From Candidatus Uhrbacteria bacterium (GTDB lineage: Bacteria > Patescibacteriota > Patescibacteriia > GWA2-47-26), in assembly GCA_016187515.1 (NCBI GenBank), contig JACPJN010000009.1, forward strand, positions 132,891 through 196,890: a stretch of DNA of 64,000 nucleotides, in the 5' to 3' direction. Each line of letters begins with the position of its first letter. Within the stretch, counting starts at the first letter, position 1. A program made the translations under genes and the position numbers. The notes beneath the pieces are model-generated. The model searched no databases, had not been told where the DNA came from, and was given only the letters and a program-made list of their open reading frames with translations. Shown here piece by piece: positions 45,536-56,123 of the stretch.

Positions 45536-47047
45536 TTACCTTAACAGACGGCCGAATAAACGCCCCACCCGCCCGATGGTGTTTTGCACCGTATTGGCGG
45601 CCAGCTCCAATACGGATGGCAGCGTTTCGGTAAATATTCCGGTAACCGGACTCACGATTGGCGTAACCACGCTCCCCACTGCCGACGCCGTGCGCTTAAA
45701 GGCCAGTTGAAGGGGGACAATCGCGTCTTGCGGCTGCGGCACCGCGCGCGCCAGATCGCGCAGAGCGGCGCGCGTTTCGGTAAATGTCGCTTTAATATTT
45801 TGACCGATCTCTTGCGCGCTTGATTGTAAGCGTGAAAGCGCTTCGTAAGTCACTTCCAAAGGCGCCTCCGGAGTCGGCGCTTCCGTAAACGACGGCGCGG
45901 TTTTGGGAATTTCCAGCGGTTGAGCCGGAGGTAACCCGGGCGCAACTGGCGGCGCCGAAACTTGTCCCCGGGCGCGCAACTCCCGAGGCGAAACCGGAGG
46001 CGGCCGCACTCCGGCAGACGGCGTTGGCCCCACTCCCGGCTCCGGCGGCTCTAAAGTCGGAACCGTTGCTTTTGGCGGTTCTTCCTTAGTCCTTACGCGT
46101 TCTTCCTTGAATAAGGGAGCGGGTTTTAGCGGCGCCGGAGTAATTTCTTCTTTCGGAGTTAACTTCGGCGGCGGAGGTTGCGCCACCGGCGGAGTCGGCA
46201 GTCCCGCGATCGTAAGCGCCTGGGGCAAACTGTATTCGCTTTCTTGGCCAGCGGACTTGGCGCGCACGTAAATTGAATGGACACCGGGCGGCACATCTTT
46301 TGTATCGAGGATCGTTTCCCACTGCCCGCGCGCGTCCGCGACAGTACGCGCTTCCAGCCGCGCCGGAATTTCTACGGTTACCGCGCTTTGGGGAAACGCG
46401 GCGCCCCTTAGATCAACTTTCTCGCCTTGCGCGACGTTAAAACGCGCCAGCGCTACGGTGGGGGGAAGAAAAATATCGGAAAGCTTAAACTGCACCACTC
46501 CCGCCGGCACATTCACCGTGTAGGTCAGCCGCGCGGATATCCGTCCCGCGCTATCGCGTCCATACACGCCAAAGGTATGCGTCCTTCCGGCCGGAATTGC
46601 CGAAATCAACGCGGCAAAAAAACCGTCCGCTCCGGCGCCGGCCTCTTTTACGACTTGCTCATTTTGTAAAATCGTCACGGCCGCGCCGGGATAAGCGCGC
46701 CCGGCGAGCGCCGCGTCCACCACGGTCGGCCCGGAGGTCGTTGATCCGCCCGCGCTGATGCCGGAAATCACTGTCGTACCGCCCGTGGCTGCCGCGGGTT
46801 GAACAAACGCCGCGCTTCCGGCTACTGCGGCATAAGACAAGCTGGTACTGCGCCCAATCGCGGTCTCCCCCACCCGTCCGTGCAAAATATAAGAAGCGGA
46901 AGCGGAGCGCGTCCCGCCATCATCCAGTATCGGATCAAGAATTTTAAAAGACGTGCTCGTAATTTCCGTCGCCGATACTCCACGAATTCCGACGAATAAA
47001 AATACGAATACCAACGAACACAACATTATTCGTCGCCATTTGTTCAT
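45536..47047 (-). CDS. Secreted Ig-like/Pro-rich surface protein, hypothetical
   Basis: Signal peptide (start trimmed to MNKWRRIM), beta-rich repeats, Pro-rich C-terminal half. Confidence 0.45.
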   Translation of the reverse strand: MNKWRRIMLCSLVFVFLFVGIRGVSATEITSTSFKILDPILDDGGTRSASASYILHGRVGETAIGRSTSLSYAAVAGSAAFVQPAAATGGTTVISGISAGGSTTSGPTVVDAALAGRAYPGAAVTILQNEQVVKEAGAGADGFFAALISAIPAGRTHTFGVYGRDSAGRISARLTYTVNVPAGVVQFKLSDIFLPPTVALARFNVAQGEKVDLRGAAFPQSAVTVEIPARLEARTVADARGQWETILDTKDVPPGVHSIYVRAKSAGQESEYSLPQALTIAGLPTPPVAQPPPPKLTPKEEITPAPLKPAPLFKEERVRTKEEPPKATVPTLEPPEPGVGPTPSAGVRPPPVSPRELRARGQVSAPPVAPGLPPAQPLEIPKTAPSFTEAPTPEAPLEVTYEALSRLQSSAQEIGQNIKATFTETRAALRDLARAVPQPQDAIVPLQLAFKRTASAVGSVVTPIVSPVTGIFTETLPSVLELAANTVQNTIGRVGRLFGRLLR

Positions 47048-47090
47048 AATTTGTGGCCATTCGCGGATTATTATAACCATTCGTGGATTA

Positions 47091-49358
47091 TTATTCCTCC
47101 GATTGTGGAGGGGAGATTGGTGGCGCGAGCTGGCCAGTAAGCGTCTGTATCTTCGCCTTCACTTCCGCATTACCCGGATTAAGTTCTTCCACTTTCCTGA
47201 AATCAGCCACGGCCTCCGCGCTCTTGCCCTGTTTTTCGTATAGCGTTCCCCGAATGAAACGCGCGTTGGCATAGTCCGGATTGCGCGCCAAAAGCGCGTT
47301 CAAAATCCGTTCGGCATTGGCGCGATCATCATCCTTATCGCGATTGACATACGCTCGCGCGAGTTGCACCAAAAATTCCATATTGCCGGAGCCGTACGGC
47401 AGCGCCCGCTCCAGTATTTGAACCGCGCCATCGCGATTACCCTCCGCCTCTAAAAAGACGGCCATTACAATATGCGCTTCCAAATAATTCGGCTTGAGTT
47501 CAATCGCGCGCTCCAGGTCGCGCCGCGCTTCCTCGGGTTTTTGCATCGCGCTTTGCAGCTGTCCGCGCCATAAATACAGCACGGGATTTGACGGCTCCAG
47601 TTCGATCGCCCGCGAAAACGCGTCAACGGCCCACTGCCTCGCCTCCGGGGCAAGCGCGATCACCTGCGCGTACATGGTCCCCAACTGCTCCCAGGCCGCG
47701 GCGGAATTGGGGGCCAGCTCGGTCGCGCGGCGCGCGGTTTGCACCGCGCCGACAATGCGCGCGCCGACTTTATCCGCGTCCGGTTTTTCCTGGCGTGACG
47801 CTTCCGTCGCGCTCTGAAATTGCAAACGCGTCAGGGTAAGATAATAGCGCACGCTCTCCGGATTACGCCCCGCCGCGCGCGCGACCGTATCAATAGCCAA
47901 ATCGTATTCCCGCCGCGCTCCCTGACTCAACCCTCGCGCAAACGCGATCTCACCGGCGTAAAAACGCCCCAGATACACCCCCAGCGTGAGAAAAGCCGCC
48001 AAAAGCGCCAGAGTGCAAAATGACGCGCCGATCGCGTATCGCGTACTATCATAGGCAATATTCCATTTTTTGAATGTCTCCGACGGTCTGGTCAATCCAA
48101 ACGCGGCCATGGTAAGCGCGAGCGCGGAAAAAAACGCGACCCAAAGCGCGGTCGTAAACGGCACGGCGAAAAGCGCGAAAACCACAATCAGCCAAAGTAT
48201 GCCGCTATGCCGAACCAGGTCAGTATTCTGCGAGCCGGCGTTTGATCTGGGCGCGGATCTGCCGCTAAATATCATGCTCCCGACCGTCAATACTAAAAAC
48301 AAAAACGGCAGTAATCCCAAAATACCCAGCGTGGCGAGCAATCCGGACGCTTCGGAAAACGGCGCGGAAAAACGCAGCGACCAGAGCAGATTCAAATTGA
48401 AACTTTCCGGCCGAAACGCGGAAAACGCGTGCGCGAAAGTTCCCGGACCGCTGCCGATAAGCGCCCGTCCGATTCCGTCCATAATCGTCCCCCCCGCGAT
48501 CTTGAAGGAAGTGAGCTGGGCCAAAGAGACCTCGGCGGGCAATACCGTAAGCGTGAGAAATCGCAGACCCTTGAAGATAGCCAGCAGTACAAAAATTAAA
48601 AGCGCGGTAAGCATTACCGAGATTACGGCCGGCCGCTCCTGCGACTTTTCACCGGTTGCCAGAATCACCGCGGCGGCCAAAGCGACAGCCCCAAAGATGA
48701 GTATCGCGGTATGTCCGATCGCCAGCATGGTGATATACGCAATCGCGGCCATAATTCCAAGACCGATCTTCGCGCGCCGCCCCCCGGCGTCCATCAATCC
48801 CAAAAAACCGGCCGCAAGCGGGATGGCCAGCAATATCCCAAAGCGCCCCTGGGTCAGCGCGGCCGGATTCCATTGCGGCAAAAACGGGTGGACCGGAACC
48901 GCGCCAATGACCTTTAGCCAAAAATATATCGCTCCCAGCGTGATTCCCCAAGCTAGCAGTCGGACGAGGCGCGCGATCTGCTTTTTATTGTCAACACTTT
49001 GTATAATCAAAAAATAAAGCAGCAGATAAAATGTAAGCGGTATAAATCCAAAAGTAAGCTGATCGTACGAACCAAAAAAACTCACCGTGCGATCTTTTGA
49101 AAAGATGCTGGAGATGAGCGCCACGACCCAAAGCATCAGGAGCGCCAGATCCGCCGGCGTGCGCCGAATTTCAATTTTCCGCTCCAAAAATCCGCGCAAC
49201 AGCCAAGCCAGAAAACCAATTCCCACGAGCGCGTACATAAGATATTGCTTTGGCAACTCCACGATCTCCGAGGTAAAAGGCAGAAAGAAAATGGGTATTA
49301 TAAGTAAAAGAACATATAATGACCACCGCGGAATTATTGATAAAATACGAATAAACAT
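47091..49358 (-). CDS. O-antigen ligase-like (Wzy_C) polytopic membrane protein with C-terminal TPR repeats
   Basis: Ten or more TM helices, then TPR-like repeats (AWEQLGTMYAQ..., ANARFIRGTLYEKQGKSAEAVADFRKVEELNP). Confidence 0.65.
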   Translation of the reverse strand: MFIRILSIIPRWSLYVLLLIIPIFFLPFTSEIVELPKQYLMYALVGIGFLAWLLRGFLERKIEIRRTPADLALLMLWVVALISSIFSKDRTVSFFGSYDQLTFGFIPLTFYLLLYFLIIQSVDNKKQIARLVRLLAWGITLGAIYFWLKVIGAVPVHPFLPQWNPAALTQGRFGILLAIPLAAGFLGLMDAGGRRAKIGLGIMAAIAYITMLAIGHTAILIFGAVALAAAVILATGEKSQERPAVISVMLTALLIFVLLAIFKGLRFLTLTVLPAEVSLAQLTSFKIAGGTIMDGIGRALIGSGPGTFAHAFSAFRPESFNLNLLWSLRFSAPFSEASGLLATLGILGLLPFLFLVLTVGSMIFSGRSAPRSNAGSQNTDLVRHSGILWLIVVFALFAVPFTTALWVAFFSALALTMAAFGLTRPSETFKKWNIAYDSTRYAIGASFCTLALLAAFLTLGVYLGRFYAGEIAFARGLSQGARREYDLAIDTVARAAGRNPESVRYYLTLTRLQFQSATEASRQEKPDADKVGARIVGAVQTARRATELAPNSAAAWEQLGTMYAQVIALAPEARQWAVDAFSRAIELEPSNPVLYLWRGQLQSAMQKPEEARRDLERAIELKPNYLEAHIVMAVFLEAEGNRDGAVQILERALPYGSGNMEFLVQLARAYVNRDKDDDRANAERILNALLARNPDYANARFIRGTLYEKQGKSAEAVADFRKVEELNPGNAEVKAKIQTLTGQLAPPISPPQSEE

Positions 49359-49373
49359 AGGGTGAGTTAAGCG

Positions 49374-50978
49374 TTATTGAGTTATTACCGGCAGTTCCTC
49401 CGCGGCCACCTCCTCTGCCGTCGTCTCTTCAAGCTGCTCCGCCGCTTCGGTCTGCGCCGCGGATTCTGGCGCGGGCGCTGGCTCCACTACTGGCGCGGGT
49501 TCCACCGGTACCGGCGTTTCCACTGCTGGCCCGGCTTCCTCCCCCTCTCCCTCGGCGGGAGAGGGCGGGGGTGAGGGGGCGCTGACACTATCCCCCTCTC
49601 CCCCGGCGGGAGAGGGTTGGGGTGAGGGGGCACTTGCCTCGCTTGATTTACTTGCTTCACTTGATTCACTGCTGCCACGCGGGGTCCCGCACGCGCCGGG
49701 CCGCACCACTACTCCGCCATTGCGCAGCGACACGCATGAAGGCGAACCGGTTACCTCATCATGCAGTGTAATCCCGGTCGGCCGCTCCGGACTTCCCACC
49801 GTCAAATCCCGCACTTGCAGCTGGCCATCTTGCGAAATACTCCAAACCCCGGAAATTCCGGCAATGCGTCCGACCTCAAGGATCGCGTAGCCATTCATGT
49901 TCAGATTATGCTCCGCCACCGTTATCAAACCGTCGGATCCTTGACTGGCGGTCAACTCATCCGGGCCATGCCAGTAGAAATTATTGACCAACATCATAAT
50001 CTGGCCATTTCCGCTCTCCCAATTTTCAAGCGCGATACCGATAACCTTCCCTGAACGCGCGGTCTTCATCGCATGACCCGCCAATGACGAGCTTACCAAA
50101 TAATCACCAACGCCAATCGCGCCGTTTTCATCGGTAACTTTGACCGGCACGCGCCCGGAAAGAGCGACGGGCAAAGGATGACGGCCCTGTTTTTGTATAT
50201 CACCGCCAATGGTCTGGACCGGTGATCCGGAAATCACGCCGAATATCTTCGCGCTATATGATTCTTGGGACTTCCCGAGTATGGCAATGGTCTCTCGTCC
50301 ATTTTCCTCGGCAATAAGACCGGTAAACGGATCAACTCTCGTGGCCTCATACGTAAAATAGGCATCGGTCAGCGCCACCACGTCCCCCACCTCTACATTT
50401 TGTTCGGTTTCATACCATTCCGCAAGGTCGCCGGCGCCATTATTGCAAGCCACGAGCGCTTCGGTCGTATCGGAAGCCGCGTCAAGATCAGATCCGGAAT
50501 GACATACCCCATTGGTGGTCGCGGTTGAATTAAAATTCACCGACGTTATTCCGGCCGGTGTTACGGTAAACTTGCTGTTATTCACGTTAATCGCGTTATC
50601 CCAACCGCTGCTGATAAACAGACCGGATGAACTCACCGTACCGGTTCCGGCTTCCGTCATACTGCCAACACTAATACCGGTGGCGATGAGATTATTGGTG
50701 GTGGAAGTGGCCGTGATATTGGCGATATTTAGAACAGTATTCGTGCTGTTGTTGGTGGTGGAGGCAAAAGTGGCATTGAGGTTTAAGAGGTTAGAACCAG
50801 TAGCGCCTTCCGCCGTAATCAGGGTAATGTTGAGCGCGTCCACATTGGCAGTGGCGGTGGTGTCGCCCGAGCCGATCGTGACCAGATCAGCTGTCGGGGT
50901 CGCATCGCCATCCAGATTAATGGTTTGTCCGTCAATAATGGCCTCACGCCTCCCGAGGCCAAAAACAGATCGCCCCAC
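49374..50978 (-). CDS. C-terminal part of a giant repetitive Thr/Ser/Gly-rich surface protein (frame-disrupted); contains two in-frame GC-rich hairpin inserts
   Basis: Repeats LNITLITAEGATGSNLLNLNATFASTT; inserts encode SAPSPQPSPAGGEGDS and SAPSPPPSPAEGEGEE. Confidence 0.45.
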   Translation of the reverse strand: MGRSVFGLGRREAIIDGQTINLDGDATPTADLVTIGSGDTTATANVDALNITLITAEGATGSNLLNLNATFASTTNNSTNTVLNIANITATSTTNNLIATGISVGSMTEAGTGTVSSSGLFISSGWDNAINVNNSKFTVTPAGITSVNFNSTATTNGVCHSGSDLDAASDTTEALVACNNGAGDLAEWYETEQNVEVGDVVALTDAYFTYEATRVDPFTGLIAEENGRETIAILGKSQESYSAKIFGVISGSPVQTIGGDIQKQGRHPLPVALSGRVPVKVTDENGAIGVGDYLVSSSLAGHAMKTARSGKVIGIALENWESGNGQIMMLVNNFYWHGPDELTASQGSDGLITVAEHNLNMNGYAILEVGRIAGISGVWSISQDGQLQVRDLTVGSPERPTGITLHDEVTGSPSCVSLRNGGVVVRPGACGTPRGSSESSEASKSSEASAPSPQPSPAGGEGDSVSAPSPPPSPAEGEGEEAGPAVETPVPVEPAPVVEPAPAPESAAQTEAAEQLEETTAEEVAAEELPVITQ

Positions 50979-51346
50979 ATTAAGGAAGTGGTGCCCAACG
51001 CATTGGAGTCCGAGGTAGAAGGAGCAAGCGCGCTGGAGGTGAGCGTCAATTCAGCAGTGCCGCCAATGCCCAGAATCAAGTTGGTGGTAGCGTTGATGTC
51101 GGTGTCCCAAGTGTCGCCAATGCTGATGGCGGCGGAAGCCACGGTGCCAGTGCCGGCTTCGGTCAAGGTGCCAATGTCCAGACCCCGCACGGTCATGGCA
51201 TTGGTGGTCGAAGTGGCCGTAAACGCGGCAATGTTGGCAACCCTGAAAGTACTGGCGGTGGTCGCGGCAAAAGTGGGGTTCAGGTTCAGCAAGGTGGAGC
51301 CGTCTGCGCCTTCCGCCGTAATCAGGGTAATGTTGAGCGCGTCCAC
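50819..51346 (-). CDS. Middle fragment of the same surface-protein gene (lies within a ~503-bp tandem duplication)
   Basis: Shares DALNITLITAEGADGSTLLNLNPTFAATT and GTTSLMWGDLFLASGGV with the flanking fragments. Confidence 0.4.
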   Translation of the reverse strand: MDALNITLITAEGADGSTLLNLNPTFAATTASTFRVANIAAFTATSTTNAMTVRGLDIGTLTEAGTGTVASAAISIGDTWDTDINATTNLILGIGGTAELTLTSSALAPSTSDSNALGTTSLMWGDLFLASGGVRPLLTDKPLIWMAMRPRQLIWSRSARATPPPLPMWTRSTLP

Positions 51347-51434
51347 ATTGGCAGTGGCGGTGGTGTCGCCCGAGCCGATCGTGACCAGATCAGCTGTCGG
51401 GGTCGCATCGCCATCCAGATTAATGGTTTGTCCG

Positions 51435-53198
51435 TCAATAATGGCCCGCGTGGGTCAAGGTCACATCCCCGTTGTCAAAGTTGATCACGCCTCCAGAGGC
51501 GAGGAACAGATCGCCCCACATTAAGGAAGTGGTGCCGAGCGCGGAACCGTCGGAAGTGGACGGCGAAAGAGCAGTGCCATCAAGCTGCAGCTCATCCGCA
51601 AGCGTTCCGGCCGTAACCACGCCAAAATCCAGCCGCCCATCTACGCTGGTGGCGGCATTCACATCAGTGGCCACCCAAGTCAGCCGCCCAAATTCGGTCT
51701 GGGTCCCGGCATCATTGGAAAGACGCAAGGTCAGATAGGCCTCGTCATTGTCCGCCATGGTCGCGCGATCGCCCTGTAAAATTGCCGCCTGTACCGCGGC
51801 ATTGTCAGTCGTGTTGGTCAGCACCGCCGTGTTTCCGGCCAAGGACACGGTAAGCAGACCGTCGGCCGTAATCGCGCCGATGCCAGTTGCCGCCCCGTCG
51901 GTTGAAATATTCCAGTCCGAAGAATCAATCGCCACTGTAGCGCTGTCGTTGCCAAGCGTGGTGGCGCCGGTGGAGGAAAGCGTGGTAAACGCGCCGGAGG
52001 ATGCCGTGGTCGCGCCAACCGAGGCATTGTTGATGGTGCCTCCGGAAATTGTTATGGCGCCGGTGACGGTCAGATTGCCGGTCGTACCCGCATCAACGAT
52101 CGTCATTAAATCATTTCCGGACGTATCTTCAATCGTAAGCGTGCCGGTCGCGCCTTCAAAAATCCGCACTCCGTCAAACAGCGCGAAATTGCCGCCGATT
52201 GAAAACGCATTGGTCAGCTGGGCATCGGAAACATCCAGGCCGGTCGTAATCGCGCCGGTAGAGGATCCCAGAATCTCCAAAGCGGTGGTCAGCGTGCTGT
52301 CGTCCGCGTTTTCCAGCACGACCAAACGCTCGGTGGTTCCGCCGGTGGCGGACTCGTTTTTAATCACCAGTCCGCGTTGGGTAGTCGCATCAGTTGACGC
52401 GTCATTGGTAAGCGACAGCGTAAGGCCGTCAAACGCGGCAGCGGTCGCGCCGGTATTCCATGAAAAAGTCGTCGCGTATTCAGCCATGGCCAGCGAAAGC
52501 GCCGCGTCCGGCGCGGTAAGGTCGTCCCAGGCGGACGAACCGCTTCCGCCCACCAGATTGGCATACGCTCCGGCGTGCTCGGACACGCGAAATCTATTAG
52601 TGGTGGAATCAAAATAAATTTTGCCTTGCCCGGAGGCGGAGACGGCGGGCGCGCTCATGCCTTGCAAATTGAAAAAGCTGGCGATATCAATTCCGCCAGC
52701 CGAATTAAGCTGAAGCACATTGTTGGCCGAAGTTCCGGCATGCGCGCCGTCAACCGTGTCCGCGTTAATCGCAAATCCCGAGGATACGATACGCTGGCGC
52801 GGAGTCAAGGTTTCGGAACTGGAAAAATCAACGTTCGGGGAAATCCCGATTTGGAGATAAATACTCGGGTCAGTGTGAAAATCCAAATTCAGCGCGTCAA
52901 AGCCGGCAGCGGTGTCACCGATAAGCGCGTTGAACACTCCGCTTTGCACGGTCAGCCCCACCGTTGCCGGCGTGCCGGACGGCCAAAGCTGGGTTCCGCC
53001 CGCCGCGTCAGACCAAATGGAAAATCGGAAATAATAGGTGGTGCCTGATGAACTGCCCAGGAGAGTTCCGCCCGCGTCCGTTAGCCGCCCTTGATAGCTT
53101 AAAATACTCGGCGGCGCGGCAAAAGACGCCCTGGCTATGCTAAAAATTACCGCCAGGGCTATCCCGAAAAATACGGCTCGCAGTGAGCTTTTCCGCAT
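51435..53198 (-). CDS. N-terminal part of the giant surface protein (signal peptide MRKSSLRAVFFGIALAVIFSIARASFA)
   Basis: Signal peptide and T/S/G/A-rich beta-repeat composition. Confidence 0.5.
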   Translation of the reverse strand: MRKSSLRAVFFGIALAVIFSIARASFAAPPSILSYQGRLTDAGGTLLGSSSGTTYYFRFSIWSDAAGGTQLWPSGTPATVGLTVQSGVFNALIGDTAAGFDALNLDFHTDPSIYLQIGISPNVDFSSSETLTPRQRIVSSGFAINADTVDGAHAGTSANNVLQLNSAGGIDIASFFNLQGMSAPAVSASGQGKIYFDSTTNRFRVSEHAGAYANLVGGSGSSAWDDLTAPDAALSLAMAEYATTFSWNTGATAAAFDGLTLSLTNDASTDATTQRGLVIKNESATGGTTERLVVLENADDSTLTTALEILGSSTGAITTGLDVSDAQLTNAFSIGGNFALFDGVRIFEGATGTLTIEDTSGNDLMTIVDAGTTGNLTVTGAITISGGTINNASVGATTASSGAFTTLSSTGATTLGNDSATVAIDSSDWNISTDGAATGIGAITADGLLTVSLAGNTAVLTNTTDNAAVQAAILQGDRATMADNDEAYLTLRLSNDAGTQTEFGRLTWVATDVNAATSVDGRLDFGVVTAGTLADELQLDGTALSPSTSDGSALGTTSLMWGDLFLASGGVINFDNGDVTLTHAGHY

Positions 53199-53284
53199 AG
53201 CGGTATTATAGCACTTTTATGGGAATCCAATATAAAACGAATGTGGATAACTCCCCTAGCTCTTTTCAACTGATTCCGAAATGG

Positions 53285-54571
53285 CTAGCTAATCAAGAGC
53301 CACTTCCACAACGGTATATACCGAATCAGCTTTCGTTGTACGCGCTCATCTTTTTCCTCGTCATGAGTAATAACAAAAAGCGTGCTGCATTTGAGTGCGT
53401 CACTCGCGCGCGTAAGCGCGGCTACTTCACGCGTTCGGGTATTATAATCCTCAATATCATATGCCACCTGAATCAACGCCTTCACGCGCGCTCTTGTTTT
53501 AATGACAAAATCAACCTCCCGTTGCTCACTATCCTGCCAATAATATACCGAATCAAGGTGTCCCTGCGCTTTGCGCCGCAACAATTCAATCGCAACCACA
53601 TTTTCATACAAATGTCCAACATCGGGAGAAAAACGGGTTGAGATCGCATTGATGAGACCAGTATCAATAACATATACTTTTCTTGGGGCGCTGACGCGCG
53701 TTTTCGGCTTATACGAAAACCGCTCAATGAAACGAATCAGATACGCCTCTTCCAGATATGACGCATACTTCTGCGCGGTGTGCACACTTTTGATGGCCAG
53801 CGCCCGCGCAAGCACATTGTACGAAAGCTGTCGCCCAAAAGAATTGAGCAGATAATGGGCGCAGGCCTTGAGCGCGGAGACCGACCGCACCTTGTGGCGA
53901 AGCGCCACATCTTTTGTGATAATTGAGGAATACAATGCGTTGAGATACTGTGAATACTGTTCTCCTTGCACGACCTCGGGAAATCCGCCGGCGCGGATAT
54001 AATCTACAAGCAATTTTTTAAACGCGGCAACTTCCTTCGTGGTAAAAACCTTTTTCTTCCATTGTACCTGATGAAAATCCAGATATTCGCGAAATGAAAA
54101 CGGAAAAATCTCAAACGCGTAATGCCTGCCCGTCAAATGAGTCGCAAGTTCCTGACTCAAAAGGTAGGCGCTGCTTCCCGTGATGACGATGTTGTAACGC
54201 GACCGTTGCAGCCGATTGACAAACAGCTCCCAGCGCGGCACGTTTTGTATTTCGTCAAAAAAAAGATACTCCATATCTGGCGTCATCTCCTGGAGCGCTT
54301 GGAGCAGCGTATTAAGATCATCTGTCCGCAAATTCGCAAGCCGCTCATCGTCAAAATTGACATAACCAAAATGCTCACCCCTCAAGAGTTCATGGCAGAG
54401 AACGGATTTACCCGCTCGCCGCGGCCCAGTGATTACTTTTACGAGCGGGGAGGCCAGCTGTGTTTTACAGCGCCACGCATCCTCTCGGGTGATGATTTTT
54501 CTTCCTTTTACAGAATTTTCAAGCGCTTCCCGTTGATCCGCAAAACAACGGAGCATGTGTTGTATATCCAT
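53285..54571 (-). CDS. AAA-type ATPase with DUF4143-like C-terminal domain
   Basis: Walker A ITGPRRAGKS; Walker B LFFDEIQ. Confidence 0.7.
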   Translation of the reverse strand: MDIQHMLRCFADQREALENSVKGRKIITREDAWRCKTQLASPLVKVITGPRRAGKSVLCHELLRGEHFGYVNFDDERLANLRTDDLNTLLQALQEMTPDMEYLFFDEIQNVPRWELFVNRLQRSRYNIVITGSSAYLLSQELATHLTGRHYAFEIFPFSFREYLDFHQVQWKKKVFTTKEVAAFKKLLVDYIRAGGFPEVVQGEQYSQYLNALYSSIITKDVALRHKVRSVSALKACAHYLLNSFGRQLSYNVLARALAIKSVHTAQKYASYLEEAYLIRFIERFSYKPKTRVSAPRKVYVIDTGLINAISTRFSPDVGHLYENVVAIELLRRKAQGHLDSVYYWQDSEQREVDFVIKTRARVKALIQVAYDIEDYNTRTREVAALTRASDALKCSTLFVITHDEEKDERVQRKLIRYIPLWKWLLIS

Positions 54572-54698
54572 AATGCCTGGATTTCCCTTTTTTTATGCAG
54601 TACACTGCATACCATATTTTGTCAGTTTAACAAATAGCCGCGCTAAACGCAATCAATCTTATCCACATCTTTACTCTAACCGTAACAAGGTCAAAAAA

Positions 54699-55745
54699 TC
54701 AATCGCCGTTGAATTCTTCCCGTGCCACCTCCCAAAGTTGCGGATAGCCCTTAAGTTTTAGCCACCGCCACCATTCCGCTCCCCAGCCATAAATTTCGTC
54801 CAGGCCGGTGCGCCGCGCGTAGTCAATTGCCGCGCGCATTTTTTCCGGCGACATCACTGCCAGCTGTTCCTCAATCGGCATATTTAAAATTCCCTCCGGC
54901 GCCCAGGCCTCCAGCTGAAGCTCGGTGATAATGAAACGCCCGGCCCACGGTTTTAGGAGATTGGCTTTGCGCGCGTAAAACGAGGGGGACATTGGATAGG
55001 TTATAAAACCCCAGATCGGACTCCAGACCTCGCGATACAAACTTGTTCCGACGATATCAGCCACCAGTGCGGACTTTATTCCAGTGGCCAGCTCACCGGA
55101 TTCGGTCATCAGTATCGGCCGCGGATCAAGTGAGCGCGTAAATTCGGCCTCGCGGCGCACAAACGAATTCTTAATCGGCGGACAATCGCCAAACCACCCG
55201 ATAAATCCTTCGTTTTCCACTTGCCACACGTGAATGTTAGGGCGATCTTTAAAATGTTCCACCACTTCGCGCATCATCTTAAGCTGGGCTTCTTCAAACT
55301 GTTTCCGGTAAGGTCCAAGACGGATATCAAACATCCTGGCAAAAAGTGAACTGCGCTCCGGAAGCCAGGCGCGAGCCCAAGCGGGCGCCCGACATTCCGG
55401 CCAGCGCGGAAGTTTAAACCCAATCGCCGGCACGACCGTCACTCCCCTTTTTTCTGCCTCGTCGAACATCCAGTCGTAGTCATCAAACACAAACCTTCCT
55501 CGCTCCACCTCAATCTCATCCCAATTGATCCCGATGCGGATCGCGTCAATCTTCAAATCATCTAGAATTGCCAGGTACGTCTCGCGCCAATCCAGTCCCA
55601 GATACTCGGCGTAGGACTTGGTAAAAGTCGTACCCCAGACTATGTTTTCCGATGGTTTAACAGTGACAGGAATCACCAAATACAGGCCGACTACAATGAT
55701 AATTACCGTAAACGAAAAAATAATCCTTTTCATCCAACGGAACAT
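54699..55745 (-). CDS. Glycoside hydrolase, TIM-barrel (GH5/cellulase-like), signal-anchored
   Basis: HVWQVENEGF resembles the catalytic NEP region of clan GH-A. Family is not resolvable by eye. Confidence 0.55.
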   Translation of the reverse strand: MFRWMKRIIFSFTVIIIVVGLYLVIPVTVKPSENIVWGTTFTKSYAEYLGLDWRETYLAILDDLKIDAIRIGINWDEIEVERGRFVFDDYDWMFDEAEKRGVTVVPAIGFKLPRWPECRAPAWARAWLPERSSLFARMFDIRLGPYRKQFEEAQLKMMREVVEHFKDRPNIHVWQVENEGFIGWFGDCPPIKNSFVRREAEFTRSLDPRPILMTESGELATGIKSALVADIVGTSLYREVWSPIWGFITYPMSPSFYARKANLLKPWAGRFIITELQLEAWAPEGILNMPIEEQLAVMSPEKMRAAIDYARRTGLDEIYGWGAEWWRWLKLKGYPQLWEVAREEFNGD

Positions 55746-55767
55746 AAAATTCCAAATTACACTTCTT

Positions 55768-55822
55768 TCGTCATCTCGACCGAGGCCCCGATCGGAATCG
55801 GGGCGGAGTGGAGAGATCTCAC
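55768..55822. repeat. Left terminal inverted repeat of the GIY-YIG element (cgtcatctcgaccgaggccccgatcggaatcggggcggagtggagagatctcacc)
   Basis: Imperfect inverted match to 56124-56180; related to the termini of the copB insert at 5608-5750. Confidence 0.7.
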
Positions 55823-56115
55823 CCCTTCCAATCCTGCGACAAGTCCTTAAAGTTTGGATTTACTTTTTTAATTAAATCCACCTTCTTCTTTCTTGACCAT
55901 CGTTTAAGCTGTTTCTCGCGAGCAATGGCATCATATGCAGTCTCATACACTTCATAGTACACTAGTTTATTGATATTGTATTTTTTGGTAAACCCTTCCA
56001 CCGCTTTCGCTTTGTGCTGGGCCGTTCTAGCCGGCAATACACTCGTCATACCAATATAGGAAGTGGTGTCCCACTTATTCATCATGATATACACGCAATA
56101 CTGTTTATCCTGCAT
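55819..56115 (-). CDS. GIY-YIG nuclease-family protein (UPF0213-like)
   Basis: YCVYIMMNKWDTTSYIGMTSVLPARTAQH matches the GIY-YIG motif; 98 aa. Confidence 0.8.
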   Translation of the reverse strand: MQDKQYCVYIMMNKWDTTSYIGMTSVLPARTAQHKAKAVEGFTKKYNINKLVYYEVYETAYDAIAREKQLKRWSRKKKVDLIKKVNPNFKDLSQDWKG

Positions 56116-56123
56116 AGCATGAT

